Assembly: GCA_944384415.1 (NCBI GenBank)
Contig: CALWTF010000022.1
Span: 20,116-84,115, forward strand
Length of the DNA: 64,000 bases
Direction: 5' to 3'
DNA from: an uncultured Clostridia bacterium
GTDB taxonomy: Bacteria; Bacillota; Clostridia; Christensenellales; UBA1242
The notes beneath the pieces were generated by a model, which ran no database searches, had not been told where the DNA came from, and saw only the letters and a list, made by a program, of their open reading frames with translations. Position 1 is the first letter of the stretch. Every line of letters begins with the position of its first letter. The translations under genes and the position numbers were made by a program. Below, piece after piece: positions 9,740 through 20,423 of the stretch.

Positions 9740-10807
9740 CTATTTTTCATAAAAAGACAAATCATTTTGCTTTAATTTTTTTAATAATTTAAATAAAGCT
9801 GTATTAATAATAATATTTTTCACTACTTCTTTATTGTTTTTAAAATTAAATTTATAAAAATGGACTGCTTCTTTGTCGCCCACTGCAATAATTGGTTTTT
9901 GAAATGTTCCTGAAACACAAACACCTATATCAGCTGTTGTGTTTTGTAACATATTAATGGTTATTTCATATGCAGTTTCAATTGAATTAATGTCATTTCT
10001 AGCTAAAAACGCTGGGGAAATTTTTAAAGTTTGAATATACTCATCTTTGTTATTTAATACATAATTTTCACATAAAAAAGCTTTTATGCGTTCAATTTTA
10101 TTTATTTTTAATTTTAAATTACCATTTGTAAGACAGTCGCAAATAGATATATTCATATTTCTTACTTCTAGCAACTCACAAACTTTTTCTATCAATTCTT
10201 CATCATTATCGCTATATATGTAATCATTAAATGTTTCGTGTACTTGCCTAAAATAATTTGATATTACTTGAGTATTAAGTGTTTCATTATTTGTGAAGAA
10301 ATTAATTTCACAGTCTAAAAATGAAGAAAATACAGAATAATCAATTGAAGATGGTTTAGGTAAACTTGTTAATATTCTTTTTACTTCAACACCATCTAAT
10401 CCAAAAAGTTTAATACAGTTATTGGTCGAATTAGGTTGGATTATTTGTTTAAAAAGTTTTTTATCAAAAGTTTCTTCACTTAAATTATCCAAATTAATAT
10501 AAAAGCATTTTCCCATTGTTTTATTAAACCAAAAACTACCACACTTATGTGGCTGAGCTTTTGTTACATATTTATTACTTAGTACTGAAAATAGTTTATC
10601 TGAATTATTAAAGTTTGATACTACAACTGAACATTCTTCAAATGCTGTTGTAGCTTTTGAAATAATTTCATCAAATGAATTATAAATAATTATATTTCCA
10701 ATTTCAATACCGCATTGACAAAGTTTTTTTCTCAACCAGATTTGAGTGTTTGAAAAGAAATAATTTAGTTCATCTGGCATTAATATTAATATTAAATTTG
10801 CAATCAT
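9740..10807 (-). CDS. divergent CinA-like protein (competence/damage-inducible family, motifs degenerate)
   Basis: Sits in the pgsA-cinA-recA position. The C-terminal half aligns loosely to the PncC/CinA block (ICDCLTNGNLKLKIN ... ADIGVCVSGTFQKP), but canonical ESCTGG and GGLGPT motifs are not recognisable. Confidence 0.5.
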   Translation of the reverse strand: MIANLILILMPDELNYFFSNTQIWLRKKLCQCGIEIGNIIIYNSFDEIISKATTAFEECSVVVSNFNNSDKLFSVLSNKYVTKAQPHKCGSFWFNKTMGKCFYINLDNLSEETFDKKLFKQIIQPNSTNNCIKLFGLDGVEVKRILTSLPKPSSIDYSVFSSFLDCEINFFTNNETLNTQVISNYFRQVHETFNDYIYSDNDEELIEKVCELLEVRNMNISICDCLTNGNLKLKINKIERIKAFLCENYVLNNKDEYIQTLKISPAFLARNDINSIETAYEITINMLQNTTADIGVCVSGTFQKPIIAVGDKEAVHFYKFNFKNNKEVVKNIIINTALFKLLKKLKQNDLSFYEK

Positions 10808-11457
10808 TTGTTTTCTTCTATAATATTTTTATTATTTGTTGGTGTTTCATTTACAACTTTTGAGTTTTGTTCAAAAAGTTTTAAATTTTTAACAGTATAA
10901 TCAATAGCTGACCAAAATGTTATTATTGTAGCAATTCCTAACATTACATAACCAATTACATTTAATATAGTAAGAATAATATTTGAAATATCTCCTGTAA
11001 GATTTAAACTGTTTAAACCTGCAATTAAAATAAAAGTTGGTATATGTATATATTGAAAAATTGCTTTTAATTTACCACTAATTGTAGCTGCAAAAACATA
11101 TCCTTTTGTTGCTCCAATTTGTCTTAACATATTTACTAAAGTATCTCTTGCAAATAAAATAGTAAAACATATTATTCCCCAAGGTTGAGCGATTGTACTA
11201 TCAACAATTATTAATAAAAATCCACAAGTGATTAACATTTTATCAGCTATAGGGTCTAAAAGCTTACCAAGGTCGGTAACTTGTTTATTTTTTCTTGCTA
11301 AATGTCCATCAATTCGGTCAGTTACAGCTGCTATAATAAATAATGCAAAAGCTATAAATTTTCCAATTCCATAAGGTATAAAACTAGAAAGATAGAAAAA
11401 CATCATAAATGGAACAAGAATTATTCTTGAAATAGTAATTTTGTTTGGTGTGTTCAT
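10804..11457 (-). CDS. pgsA: CDP-diacylglycerol--glycerol-3-phosphate 3-phosphatidyltransferase
   Basis: CDP-alcohol phosphatidyltransferase motif DRIDGHLARK...GKLLDPIADK; multi-TM; 4-nt overlaps with both neighbours. Confidence 0.9.
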   Translation of the reverse strand: MNTPNKITISRIILVPFMMFFYLSSFIPYGIGKFIAFALFIIAAVTDRIDGHLARKNKQVTDLGKLLDPIADKMLITCGFLLIIVDSTIAQPWGIICFTILFARDTLVNMLRQIGATKGYVFAATISGKLKAIFQYIHIPTFILIAGLNSLNLTGDISNIILTILNVIGYVMLGIATIITFWSAIDYTVKNLKLFEQNSKVVNETPTNNKNIIEENK

Positions 11458-12779
11458 AGTAATTCTCCTATTAAATCAAATTTATCCAAAACATTAGTAA
11501 CGATTATATTATAATATTGCCCAATTTCCAATACTTTTTCTGTATTAACATAAATAAATGTATCAACATTTGGAGAATTAAATTCACTTCGCATAAGATA
11601 AGTATTGTTTTCTAACTTATTTTCACAAACAACTTTTAGTTTTTTACCGATTTTTTCTTTGTTTTTCTGTTCAACAATATTTGCTTGTAAAATTGACAAC
11701 TCTTTAACTCGTTTTTTAGCTGTTTTTTTATTAACTTGATTTGGTAGTTTTTCAGCATCAGTACCTTTTTCTTTTGAAAAAACAAAGAACCCAATATGGT
11801 CTAATTTTTCGGTTGTAATAAAATTTTTTAATGTTTTATATTCACTTTCTGTTTCGCCTGGAAAACCTAAAATAAAACTTGTTCTTATTGCGATGTTAGG
11901 AATATTATCTCGTAATTTTTTAATTAATGAAATAGCTTGTTCATATGAAGTTGCTCTTTTCATAAGTTTTAAAATTTTATCATCAGCATGTTGTAATGGA
12001 ACTTCAATATATTTACAAATTTTTGGATTATTTTTTATTTCATTTATAAGTTCGTTATTAATAAATTCTGGATAACAATAATGCAACCTTATCCAAATTA
12101 TACCTTCAATTTGTGAAAGTTTTTGTAACAAGTCAACTAATGCAAATTTTTTATAAATATCTATACCGTATTTTGTGACATCTTGAGCAACTAAAATTAA
12201 TTCCGACACACCATTTTTTGCAAGTTGTGTTGCTTCTTGTATTAAATTTTCTATTGGTTCTGAAATATATTCTCCCCTTATTTCAGGAATGGTGCAATAC
12301 GCACAGTGATTTGAACAACCTTCAGCAATTTTTAAAAAAGCATAATGGTTTGGAGTAGATAAAACCCTGTTTAATGGAGTTTTTACTTCATTAACACAAC
12401 AATTTATGTTATATAAATCACATATTGTTTTTAAAATGTTTTTTTCATTTTTAACCCCTAAAAAGCAATCAACTTCTGGTAAAGCTTCAACAACTTCATT
12501 ATAAAATTTTTGAGGTAAACATCCAACAACAATTAACTTTTCACAATTTTTTTCCTTAAATTGAGCCATTTCTAGAATGGTATCAATGCTTTCTTTTCTT
12601 GCAGGCTCAATAAATGCGCAAGTATTTATTATTAAAATATTAGCTTCATCAGGTTTTGAAGTTATTGTAAAGCCAAAAGTTTTTAACGAATATAAAATTC
12701 TTTCACTATCTACTCTGTTCTTATCACATCCAAGTGAAACAAGACCAATCTTTTTCTTTATTAATTCTGATTTTTCCAT
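11454..12779 (-). CDS. rimO: radical SAM methylthiotransferase, RimO-like (ribosomal protein S12)
   Basis: UPF0004 N-domain (VSLGCDKNRVDSE, INTCAFIEPARKESI), radical SAM CSNHCAYC, C-terminal TRAM-like domain. Confidence 0.85.
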   Translation of the reverse strand: MEKSELIKKKIGLVSLGCDKNRVDSERILYSLKTFGFTITSKPDEANILIINTCAFIEPARKESIDTILEMAQFKEKNCEKLIVVGCLPQKFYNEVVEALPEVDCFLGVKNEKNILKTICDLYNINCCVNEVKTPLNRVLSTPNHYAFLKIAEGCSNHCAYCTIPEIRGEYISEPIENLIQEATQLAKNGVSELILVAQDVTKYGIDIYKKFALVDLLQKLSQIEGIIWIRLHYCYPEFINNELINEIKNNPKICKYIEVPLQHADDKILKLMKRATSYEQAISLIKKLRDNIPNIAIRTSFILGFPGETESEYKTLKNFITTEKLDHIGFFVFSKEKGTDAEKLPNQVNKKTAKKRVKELSILQANIVEQKNKEKIGKKLKVVCENKLENNTYLMRSEFNSPNVDTFIYVNTEKVLEIGQYYNIIVTNVLDKFDLIGELL

Positions 12780-12799
12780 TTTTATCCTACACTTAATTA

Positions 12800-15718
12800 T
12801 TAAATATCTGTGCCAAAAATTTCATCATATTTCTCTTTAGATATTAACACACTTCTTTTATTATTACCTTCTTTAGGTGTAACATAACCAGCGCGTTCCA
12901 TTTGGTCAACAATTCTTGCCGCTCTACCATAACCAACTGCATACCTACGCTGAATTAAAGAAATTGAAGCTTCACCACCATTTTCAATGAATTCTAATAA
13001 AGCTCTTGGTAATAAAGGATCAAATTCATTACTTCCACTTTCACCAGGTAATCCACCATTTGAATCTTTTTTATCACCATTAAGCACAATATCATTAAGT
13101 TCATCATCAAAATATGATTTATTGTGTTCTTTAATAAAATCAACAATATTGCAAACTTCTGTTCCCTCAACAAAAGGACATTGAATACGAACAGGCTCAT
13201 TAGCATCTTGTGGAGCATATAACATATCACCTTTACCAAGAAGTTTATCTGCTCCACCTTGGTCAAGTATTGTTTTAGAATCCATATAATTTGTAACAGC
13301 AAATGCAATTCTTGAAGGTAAATTTGACTTAATAGTACCTGTAATTACATCTACAGATGGACGCTGAGTAGCCAAAATTAAGTGCATACCAGCAGCACGA
13401 GCTAATTGAGCCAACCTTTTAATTTTATCTTCCATCTCTCGTTTTGAATTCATCATAAGGTCAGCCACTTCATCAATAACTATAACAATATAAGGGAGTT
13501 TTGGTTCAACGCCATCGTAAACTGTTTGTAAGCTGTTATATTCTTTAAAATTTCTAACATGTTTTTCTGCAAACAAATCATATCGTCTTGTCATTTCTTT
13601 TATAGCCCAATCCAAAGCATTAAGCGCTTGTTGTCCTTCATTTATGGCTTTTGGAATTAACATATGAGGTAAATAGTTATAAGTAACAAATTCAACACGC
13701 TTTGGGTCAATTAAAATTAATTTTAAATCTTCAGGCCCCAATCTGTAAAGCAAACTTAATAAAATTACATTTAAACATACACTTTTACCCGAACCAGTTG
13801 AACCAGCAACTAAAAGATGAGGCATAGAACCTAAATCACAAATTTTAATGGCGCCAGCTATATCCTTTCCTAATGCAAATGTTAAAGGTGCTTTATTGTT
13901 GGTAAATTCTTGTGAAGCAATAATATCTTTTAAACCTATTGTAGCTATTTTACCATTTGGAATTTCTATACCAACAAGGTTTCTACCTGGAATTGGTGCT
14001 TCAATACGAACGCCATGAGAACTTTCCATTTTCATTGCTATATCATCTGTGTGCTGTGATATTCTTTTAACAGCAATACCCGCTGGCATTTGTAATTCAT
14101 ACCTAGTTACTGCAGGACCGTGTGTAATACCTACAACTTTTGCAGGAATTTTAAAACTTTCTAAAGTTTCTTCTAAAATTGCTGCCTTTTTGTTATAATC
14201 TTCCATATTATCAGATGATTTAGCACTTTCGGTAGTTAATAAACTTAAAGGTGGTTTTACATATGGAGACGGTTTTGTGTATTTGGTTGTAGGTTGGTCT
14301 GTAGGTTGGGTTTGGCTTATCTTAATTTGTTCTGGTTTACGATTGTTGTGATGGTTTTGATTGTTTAAATTGGTGTTAGATTGATTCATTCTGCGTTCAT
14401 CAAGATTAGGAATAAAATTTGGTTTACGATTTATACCATTGTTAGGTGATAAAATTTCTTCAACCTCATCATCATTTAAACTACTTTCAAAAAATTGATT
14501 AACTCTACTATTTCGTGTTATAGGTTCAATATTTTTATTTTCATTGTGTAGAACTCTATCAGATGTAATTGTTTGTTGCTCTTCTGAATTTAAATTTATT
14601 CTACTTTCATTTTGATTATTATTTATATTATTATTTATATTATGTTGTTCATTTCTATCAAAATTGTTTGTGAAATTATTTGTTTTTCTTACAACATCGT
14701 TAGTGTTAGTTCCTTCCGTATTGAAAGTTGGTTTATTATATTCTTCATCGTGAACAAATCTAGTTGGTCTAGATGATGATAAATTTAAAACAGAAGCTGT
14801 ATCTTCTTCTCTTTTTTTAGTTATTAAATCACTTAAATTATAATCTTGGGATTTAGGTTTTTCAATAGTAGGTTTTTCTTTGTTTTTTAAATTATTAATA
14901 AATTCTTCACCCCAAATATTTATAGCAAAATCTTTTTCCGAACTGTTTGCATTTGAAGTTTTGCTTCTTAATAAGTTTAATTTTTCTGCATAAATACTAG
15001 GTTTTTCTTGTTTATCTTCATTTTCTTCTTTATTTTGTAAACTATTTAATGTAATATTTGCTTTTTTCTTTTTTGGTTTCTCAATTAAATCTATTTCTGA
15101 ATCAACATTAGTCTCGTTAATGTTATTATCCAAAGAATTTTTACTGTCACTAATACCTTTCATCTTAGTGTTTTTAACGGGATAAGTCATCGTTCTTGCT
15201 GATATTTCATTATATTCGTTTAGTTTTAAAAAATGGTCAATTACAAATGCTATACAAATTAAAATTAATAAACCTAATAAAATATAAGCACCAACAATAT
15301 TTAAACCAGCTGATAAAGCATAGGATATTAAGCCCATTATTAGCCCACCTGCTGTATCTTTTGTGTTATAACAAGAAGCTAAATAATCAGAAAAATTTCC
15401 AACTGGTGTTGCAAATATTAGTTGAAACAAACAAATTATTGTTAAAAAAAGAGTAAATAATGTCCAAATATAAACTTTAGCAAAAACAAAATGTTTTTTA
15501 CTCATCATAAAAATAGAAATAACAGCACCAACTATTAAGATTGGGTATGCAGAAAGACCAAAAACACCTAAAATAAATGAACGAATTGGGGCTATAAATT
15601 TTGTAATGATGCAGAATAATGTAACCAAACAGAAAACCAGCAAACCTATACCCCACTTGTTTCTTGTGGATAAATTGTTTGCTGTTCCATTTAAATTCCT
15701 CGATGTGTATTTTGCCAA
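12800..15718 (-). CDS. ftsK: DNA translocase FtsK/SpoIIIE
   Basis: N-terminal 4-5 TM helices, long Asn-rich linker, motor domain with Walker A GSTGSGKS and Walker B VIVIDEVADL, gamma winged helix (SLIQRRYAVGYGRAARIVDQME). TTG start with AGAGG SD. Confidence 0.95.
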   Translation of the reverse strand: MAKYTSRNLNGTANNLSTRNKWGIGLLVFCLVTLFCIITKFIAPIRSFILGVFGLSAYPILIVGAVISIFMMSKKHFVFAKVYIWTLFTLFLTIICLFQLIFATPVGNFSDYLASCYNTKDTAGGLIMGLISYALSAGLNIVGAYILLGLLILICIAFVIDHFLKLNEYNEISARTMTYPVKNTKMKGISDSKNSLDNNINETNVDSEIDLIEKPKKKKANITLNSLQNKEENEDKQEKPSIYAEKLNLLRSKTSNANSSEKDFAINIWGEEFINNLKNKEKPTIEKPKSQDYNLSDLITKKREEDTASVLNLSSSRPTRFVHDEEYNKPTFNTEGTNTNDVVRKTNNFTNNFDRNEQHNINNNINNNQNESRINLNSEEQQTITSDRVLHNENKNIEPITRNSRVNQFFESSLNDDEVEEILSPNNGINRKPNFIPNLDERRMNQSNTNLNNQNHHNNRKPEQIKISQTQPTDQPTTKYTKPSPYVKPPLSLLTTESAKSSDNMEDYNKKAAILEETLESFKIPAKVVGITHGPAVTRYELQMPAGIAVKRISQHTDDIAMKMESSHGVRIEAPIPGRNLVGIEIPNGKIATIGLKDIIASQEFTNNKAPLTFALGKDIAGAIKICDLGSMPHLLVAGSTGSGKSVCLNVILLSLLYRLGPEDLKLILIDPKRVEFVTYNYLPHMLIPKAINEGQQALNALDWAIKEMTRRYDLFAEKHVRNFKEYNSLQTVYDGVEPKLPYIVIVIDEVADLMMNSKREMEDKIKRLAQLARAAGMHLILATQRPSVDVITGTIKSNLPSRIAFAVTNYMDSKTILDQGGADKLLGKGDMLYAPQDANEPVRIQCPFVEGTEVCNIVDFIKEHNKSYFDDELNDIVLNGDKKDSNGGLPGESGSNEFDPLLPRALLEFIENGGEASISLIQRRYAVGYGRAARIVDQMERAGYVTPKEGNNKRSVLISKEKYDEIFGTDI

Positions 15719-15814
15719 TTTAAACCTCTTATTTTTATAATATAAAAGCCTTTATGCTCAATTTAAATTTTAACATAAATTCGTTTCATAATACAATTAA
15801 ATATGGGCTTTTTA

Positions 15815-17089
15815 TTAATTTTTTAATATTTTCATAAAATCAATTTCATCTTTGTTTGCAACAACTGTAATATAATAGCAAAAATTTGATAAGTATTCTT
15901 TTATAAACTCATTTAATTCTTCTAGTTTTAAATTATCAATTTTGTTAAGTTCTTCGTCTATATCTCGTATTTTTTCTTTATATACCAATTCTGAAGCCAT
16001 TAAAAAAGACTGATTTTTTGAGCTTTCATCTGAAATAATAATATGTGTTTTCCTTTGTATTTTAGCTAAATCTAGTTCATCTTGTATGAAACCATAATCT
16101 TTTAATTTTTTAAATTCTTCTTTTATAATCTGTAATGCTTTTTCTGCTGAAGAATAGTTGCAAGCAAATCCTAAATAAGCAACACCTGTGTTACTTAAAG
16201 GCATTGTGGCTGTTGATATTCCGTACACCAAGCCATGTTCTTCTCTGACAGAGGCATATAATCTTGATGACATAGAACCACCCATTATATCACTAGCAAA
16301 TGAAAGTAGCCAAGATTTTCTATCACTGTTTGAAAACCCATTAGACATTGCCATAAAATAAAATTGTTCTGTGTCATTTTTTTTAATAACTTCACCATTA
16401 TTTTTTATTAAATTGACAATACTTTCATTTTTATAAGTTATAGGTGTTTCTTTGTTAGGGAAATTTGGTAAAATATATTTTTGCACATACTTATCAATTT
16501 CATCAAAATTATTTTCACCAGCAGTTGAAATAACTATTCGCCCTGAAGTGTAAAAATTTTTATGAAATTCAATTAATGAATCTTTTGTAAAAGAATTTAC
16601 GGTTTCTTTAGAACCAATTACATTGTGAGCATATGAAAAGTTATTGTTAAAAAAATTTTTAATAGAGTTTTGAAATGCTAAATCTAAGTTATCATCGTTA
16701 TACATATCTATTTCGCTACAAACAACTTTTTTTTCACTTTCAATTTCATTTTCTAAATAAATTGAGTTTATTAAACAATCTGTTAAAATTTCAATTGATT
16801 TTTCTGCAAAATTTGAAGTTGTAGTAAGATAAAACTTCGTTGCTTCACGACTGGTGGCAGCATTACTATAAGAACCAATTCTATCCAAGTCATTTATTAT
16901 TTGTTTTGTTGTTCTATTTTTGGTGCTTTTAAAAAACATATGTTCACAAAAATGAGCCAAACCTGCTTGTTCTGGTTTTTCTTGAGCAGAACCAGCAATA
17001 ACATATAAACAAATTGAAAAAGTTTTTGTTTCTTTCATTTGTTTGTGAATTAGTCTGATACCATTATCATAAGTTTTAAAATTTGTCAT
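15815..17089 (-). CDS. M16 family zinc peptidase (pitrilysin-like)
   Basis: Inverted zinc motif HFCEH near the N-terminus; position downstream of pnp and the deacetylase as in Bacillus (mlpA/ymxG region). Confidence 0.85.
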   Translation of the reverse strand: MTNFKTYDNGIRLIHKQMKETKTFSICLYVIAGSAQEKPEQAGLAHFCEHMFFKSTKNRTTKQIINDLDRIGSYSNAATSREATKFYLTTTSNFAEKSIEILTDCLINSIYLENEIESEKKVVCSEIDMYNDDNLDLAFQNSIKNFFNNNFSYAHNVIGSKETVNSFTKDSLIEFHKNFYTSGRIVISTAGENNFDEIDKYVQKYILPNFPNKETPITYKNESIVNLIKNNGEVIKKNDTEQFYFMAMSNGFSNSDRKSWLLSFASDIMGGSMSSRLYASVREEHGLVYGISTATMPLSNTGVAYLGFACNYSSAEKALQIIKEEFKKLKDYGFIQDELDLAKIQRKTHIIISDESSKNQSFLMASELVYKEKIRDIDEELNKIDNLKLEELNEFIKEYLSNFCYYITVVANKDEIDFMKILKN

Positions 17090-17170
17090 TAAAATATTTA
17101 CCTTTTAAAATATAATTTATTGTAATAATAAATTATAAACAAAATTATTAAAAAAAGCAAGCGTATAAAA

Positions 17171-17884
17171 TTATATATTTTGTGAAACTGTTGATAAAAC
17201 AAAACCTTTTTGTTGAATTTTTTCAATAATGGTAGCTAAAGAAATAGCTGTGCAATATGTTGGGTGCATTAATATTAAATCACCATTTGCTAGTTTGTTT
17301 GTAGCCCTTGATATTATTTTTTCTGTATCCTGGTCTCTCCAATCTATTGTATCTTTAGACCACATAATTGTTTTATATCCTAAATCACTTGCTGCTTCAA
17401 GAGTTGTGCTAGAAAAGGAACCTGAGGGTGGCGCAAACAAATTCATATTTATATTTGCATATTCTTTAACAAGTTTGTGAGTAGATAGTATTTCAGTTTG
17501 ATTTTGTTGATAATTTAATGTTGCATGGTCTTTGTGAAAATAACCATGATTGCCAATTTCGTGTCCACCTTCTACAATAGACAAAAATAATTCTGGATTT
17601 TTATCCAACCAAACACCACCTATAAAGAAAGTAGCTTTAACATTCATTTCTTTTAAAGTATTTAACATATCTATTAAATATTCATTACCTGAATAAACAT
17701 TTATCATTAAACTTATTTTATTATTTTCGGTATTACCATTATAAAATAAATTTTCAGACTGTGGAGCATATACTGAACGCACGGGAGAAATTAATGTTAA
17801 CATTGAAATGCATAAAAGCATTGTTATTATTATAAAATTGGTTGAGATTGGCAAAAAATATTTTTTAAAATTAAACTTTTTCAT
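17171..17884 (-). CDS. polysaccharide deacetylase (YlxY/PdaB-like)
   Basis: N-terminal TM/signal anchor; NodB-type blocks (ATFFIGGVW, GNHGYFHKDH, LFAPPSGSF); directly downstream of pnp like B. subtilis ylxY. Confidence 0.85.
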   Translation of the reverse strand: MKKFNFKKYFLPISTNFIIITMLLCISMLTLISPVRSVYAPQSENLFYNGNTENNKISLMINVYSGNEYLIDMLNTLKEMNVKATFFIGGVWLDKNPELFLSIVEGGHEIGNHGYFHKDHATLNYQQNQTEILSTHKLVKEYANINMNLFAPPSGSFSSTTLEAASDLGYKTIMWSKDTIDWRDQDTEKIISRATNKLANGDLILMHPTYCTAISLATIIEKIQQKGFVLSTVSQNI

Positions 17885-17949
17885 ATTTTTAAATTATGTA
17901 CAAGTTTTTTAATATATGATTAAAAAAGTGTATTTAAATCTATTTAATT

Positions 17950-17991
17950 TTAAAATAAAAAAAGGAATTTATTACTAAATATTATTCCTTT
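17950..17991 (-). terminator. candidate terminator after pnp
   Basis: 8-bp stem (plus AAAGGAAT / ATTCCTTT) with a long 15-nt loop, followed on the minus strand by a strong T-run. Confidence 0.4.
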
Positions 17992-18021
17992 TCTTAATAT
18001 TGTTGTACTTGTTAAAACTTA

Positions 18022-20109
18022 TTATTTTATTTTTTGTATTAACTTAAGGTCAATTCTTCCCTTTTCATCTATGTTTAGTATTTCTATTTTAACTTTATCA
18101 TTAACTTGTAAAACATCTTCAACTTTTTCTACTCTTTCTGTTGAAAGTTTTGATATATGAATCATACCTTCTTTATTAAAAGCAAATTCTATAAAAGCAC
18201 CAAAAGAAGTAATCTTTGTAACCACACCTTCAAATTGTTGACCTTTTTGTGGTGTGGACACAATATTAATAATAATTTGTTTTGCCATATTACAAGCTTC
18301 TATGTCAGGTGAAGCTATAAAAACTTTTCCATCATCTTCAAGTTCAATTTTTACACCGGTTTGTTCTATAATTTTATTAATGATTTTTCCATTTTTTCCA
18401 ACTACATCACCTATTTTTGTTGGATCAATATCAAAAACTAAAATTTTTGATGCATATTTAGACAATTCTTTTCTTGGTTCAGGTAAAGTTTCCAACATTT
18501 TTTCTAAAATAAAAGCTCTTCCCTGTTTTGACTGTTCTAGTGCCATTGATAATATATTTCTATCAATACCTTTTATTTTAATATCCATTTGTATTGCAGT
18601 GATACCGTTTTTAGTTCCAGCAACTTTAAAATCCATATCACCAAAAAAATCTTCTTCACCTTGTATATCACTAAGAACCACAACTTTGTTGTTTGTATCA
18701 TCTTTCATTAAACCCATAGCAATTCCACTAACAGGAGCTTTTATTGGAACACCAGCATCCATTAATGCTAAACAAGAACCACACACTGCAGCTTGTGAAG
18801 TTGAACCATTACTACTTAAAACTTCAGTGACTGTTCTTATTGAATATGGAAAATCGGTTTCACTTGGAATAACTGGCAATAAAGCTCTTTCAGCTAATGC
18901 TCCGTGACCAATTTCGCGTCTGCCTGGTGATTTTAATGAACGAGCTTCACCTGTTGAATATGCTGGCATATTATAGTGGTGCATATATCTTTTTTCTTCT
19001 TCAGGTTCAATTCCATCAAGCTTTTGAATATCACTAAAAGTTCCTAAAGTAGCAGTTGTCAAAACTTGAGTTAATCCGCGAGTAAAAACACCACTTCCAT
19101 GAACTCTTGGTAACAGACCAACTTCACACCATATTGGTCTTATTTCATTAAATTTTCTGCCATCTATTCTTATTCCTTGTTCTAGTGTTCTTTTTCTTAC
19201 TAAAAATTTAGTTATATTATATATTTCGTTATCAATAAAACTAAAATAATCTTCAAAATCAGAAAACTTTTCGTGAACGGTTTTATAAACTTTTTCTAAA
19301 TTTTCTTTTCGTGTTTTATTATCGGTAGTATCTAATGCGCTTTTAATAATATCATAACTAAATTCATTAACCATATTTTTTAAATTAATTAATTTATCAT
19401 CAAGCTCTGGAATTACAAATTTAGTTTTTCCAATTTCTTTAATAATATCTTCTTGGAATTTTACTTGATTTTTTATTTCATTATGAGCAAACATTATAGC
19501 ATCAAGCATTTCTTCTTCTGAAACTTCTTCTGCACCCGCTTCAACCATCATAATAGCATCTTTTGTTCCACTAACAACAAGGTGCATTCTACTTAGAGCT
19601 TGCTCCGAACTATCAGGATTTATAACAAATTTTCCGTTTACCAATCCAACAATAACCGAGCCTGTTGGCCCCATAAAAGGAATTTCTGAAATAGAAAGAG
19701 CAATTGAGCTTCCTAACATTGCTAATGGTTCTGGTGGACAATCTGGGTCAACAGATAGAACTGTTGCAATTATTATTACATCGTTATAAAAATTTTTTGG
19801 GAATAGTGGTCTTAAAGGTCTATCAATCAATCTAGATACCAGTATCGCATTATCACTAGGTTTTCCTTCACGGCGTTTAAAACCACCTGGAATTTTACCA
19901 ACTGCATACATTTTTTCTTCATAATCAACGCTTAATGGCAAAAAATCAACACCTTCTCGTGGTTTTTCACTCATATTTGCATTTATCATCACAACTGTTT
20001 CACCACATTTAACAATACAACTACCACAACTTTGTTGAGCATATTTTCCCACTTCAACTGAAACAACTTTTCCACCTATTTCTGTTTTATAAATCCTGTT
20101 TTCAAACAT
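18022..20109 (-). CDS. pnp: polynucleotide phosphorylase
   Basis: Two RNase PH domains (GGFKRREGKPSD, REIGHGALAERAL), KH (GKNGKIINKIIEQTGVKI) and S1 (GVVTKITSFGAFIEF) domains. Confidence 0.97.
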   Translation of the reverse strand: MFENRIYKTEIGGKVVSVEVGKYAQQSCGSCIVKCGETVVMINANMSEKPREGVDFLPLSVDYEEKMYAVGKIPGGFKRREGKPSDNAILVSRLIDRPLRPLFPKNFYNDVIIIATVLSVDPDCPPEPLAMLGSSIALSISEIPFMGPTGSVIVGLVNGKFVINPDSSEQALSRMHLVVSGTKDAIMMVEAGAEEVSEEEMLDAIMFAHNEIKNQVKFQEDIIKEIGKTKFVIPELDDKLINLKNMVNEFSYDIIKSALDTTDNKTRKENLEKVYKTVHEKFSDFEDYFSFIDNEIYNITKFLVRKRTLEQGIRIDGRKFNEIRPIWCEVGLLPRVHGSGVFTRGLTQVLTTATLGTFSDIQKLDGIEPEEEKRYMHHYNMPAYSTGEARSLKSPGRREIGHGALAERALLPVIPSETDFPYSIRTVTEVLSSNGSTSQAAVCGSCLALMDAGVPIKAPVSGIAMGLMKDDTNNKVVVLSDIQGEEDFFGDMDFKVAGTKNGITAIQMDIKIKGIDRNILSMALEQSKQGRAFILEKMLETLPEPRKELSKYASKILVFDIDPTKIGDVVGKNGKIINKIIEQTGVKIELEDDGKVFIASPDIEACNMAKQIIINIVSTPQKGQQFEGVVTKITSFGAFIEFAFNKEGMIHISKLSTERVEKVEDVLQVNDKVKIEILNIDEKGRIDLKLIQKIK

Positions 20110-20123
20110 TTATTCCTCCTTAT

Positions 20124-20159
20124 AGAAAAAAAGCGGATATAAAAAATATATCCGCTTTT
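20124..20159 (-). terminator. rpsO terminator / pnp leader hairpin
   Basis: 10-bp perfect stem (plus AAGCGGATAT / ATATCCGCTT), 7-nt loop, T-run on the minus strand, immediately followed by the pnp SD AAGGAGG. Confidence 0.7.
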
Positions 20160-20168
20160 ATCGAATTA

Positions 20169-20423
20169 TTATCTAATATCTAATTCAGTTTTTAATGCAC
20201 GGTATTTTTCAAGATTGGTTTTTTCAAGATATTTTAACATAGCTTTGCGTTTTCCAACCAATTTTAAAAGACCGCGTCTTGTGTGATTATCTTTTGGATG
20301 AAGTTTCAAGTGCTCAGTAAGGTGTCTAATACGATTTGTCAATAGTGCAATTTGTACTTCTGGTGAACCAGTGTCACCTTCTTTTCGTTGAAACTTAGAG
20401 ATAACTTCAATTTTTGTTTGCAT
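20169..20423 (-). CDS. rpsO: 30S ribosomal protein S15
   Basis: [44 protein letters not shown] is the S15 signature region. Confidence 0.97.
   Translation of the reverse strand: MQTKIEVISKFQRKEGDTGSPEVQIALLTNRIRHLTEHLKLHPKDNHTRRGLLKLVGKRKAMLKYLEKTNLEKYRALKTELDIR

Noticed and set aside
18254-18907. 217-aa plus-strand ORF inside pnp
   Set aside because: It lies entirely antisense to a clearly conserved PNPase coding region. It has no SD and a low-complexity Ser/Ile/Phe-rich translation typical of shadow ORFs. The same applies to the other antisense track ORFs inside rimO, ftsK, recJ, secF, ruvA, ruvC, ligA, ffh, yebC and others.
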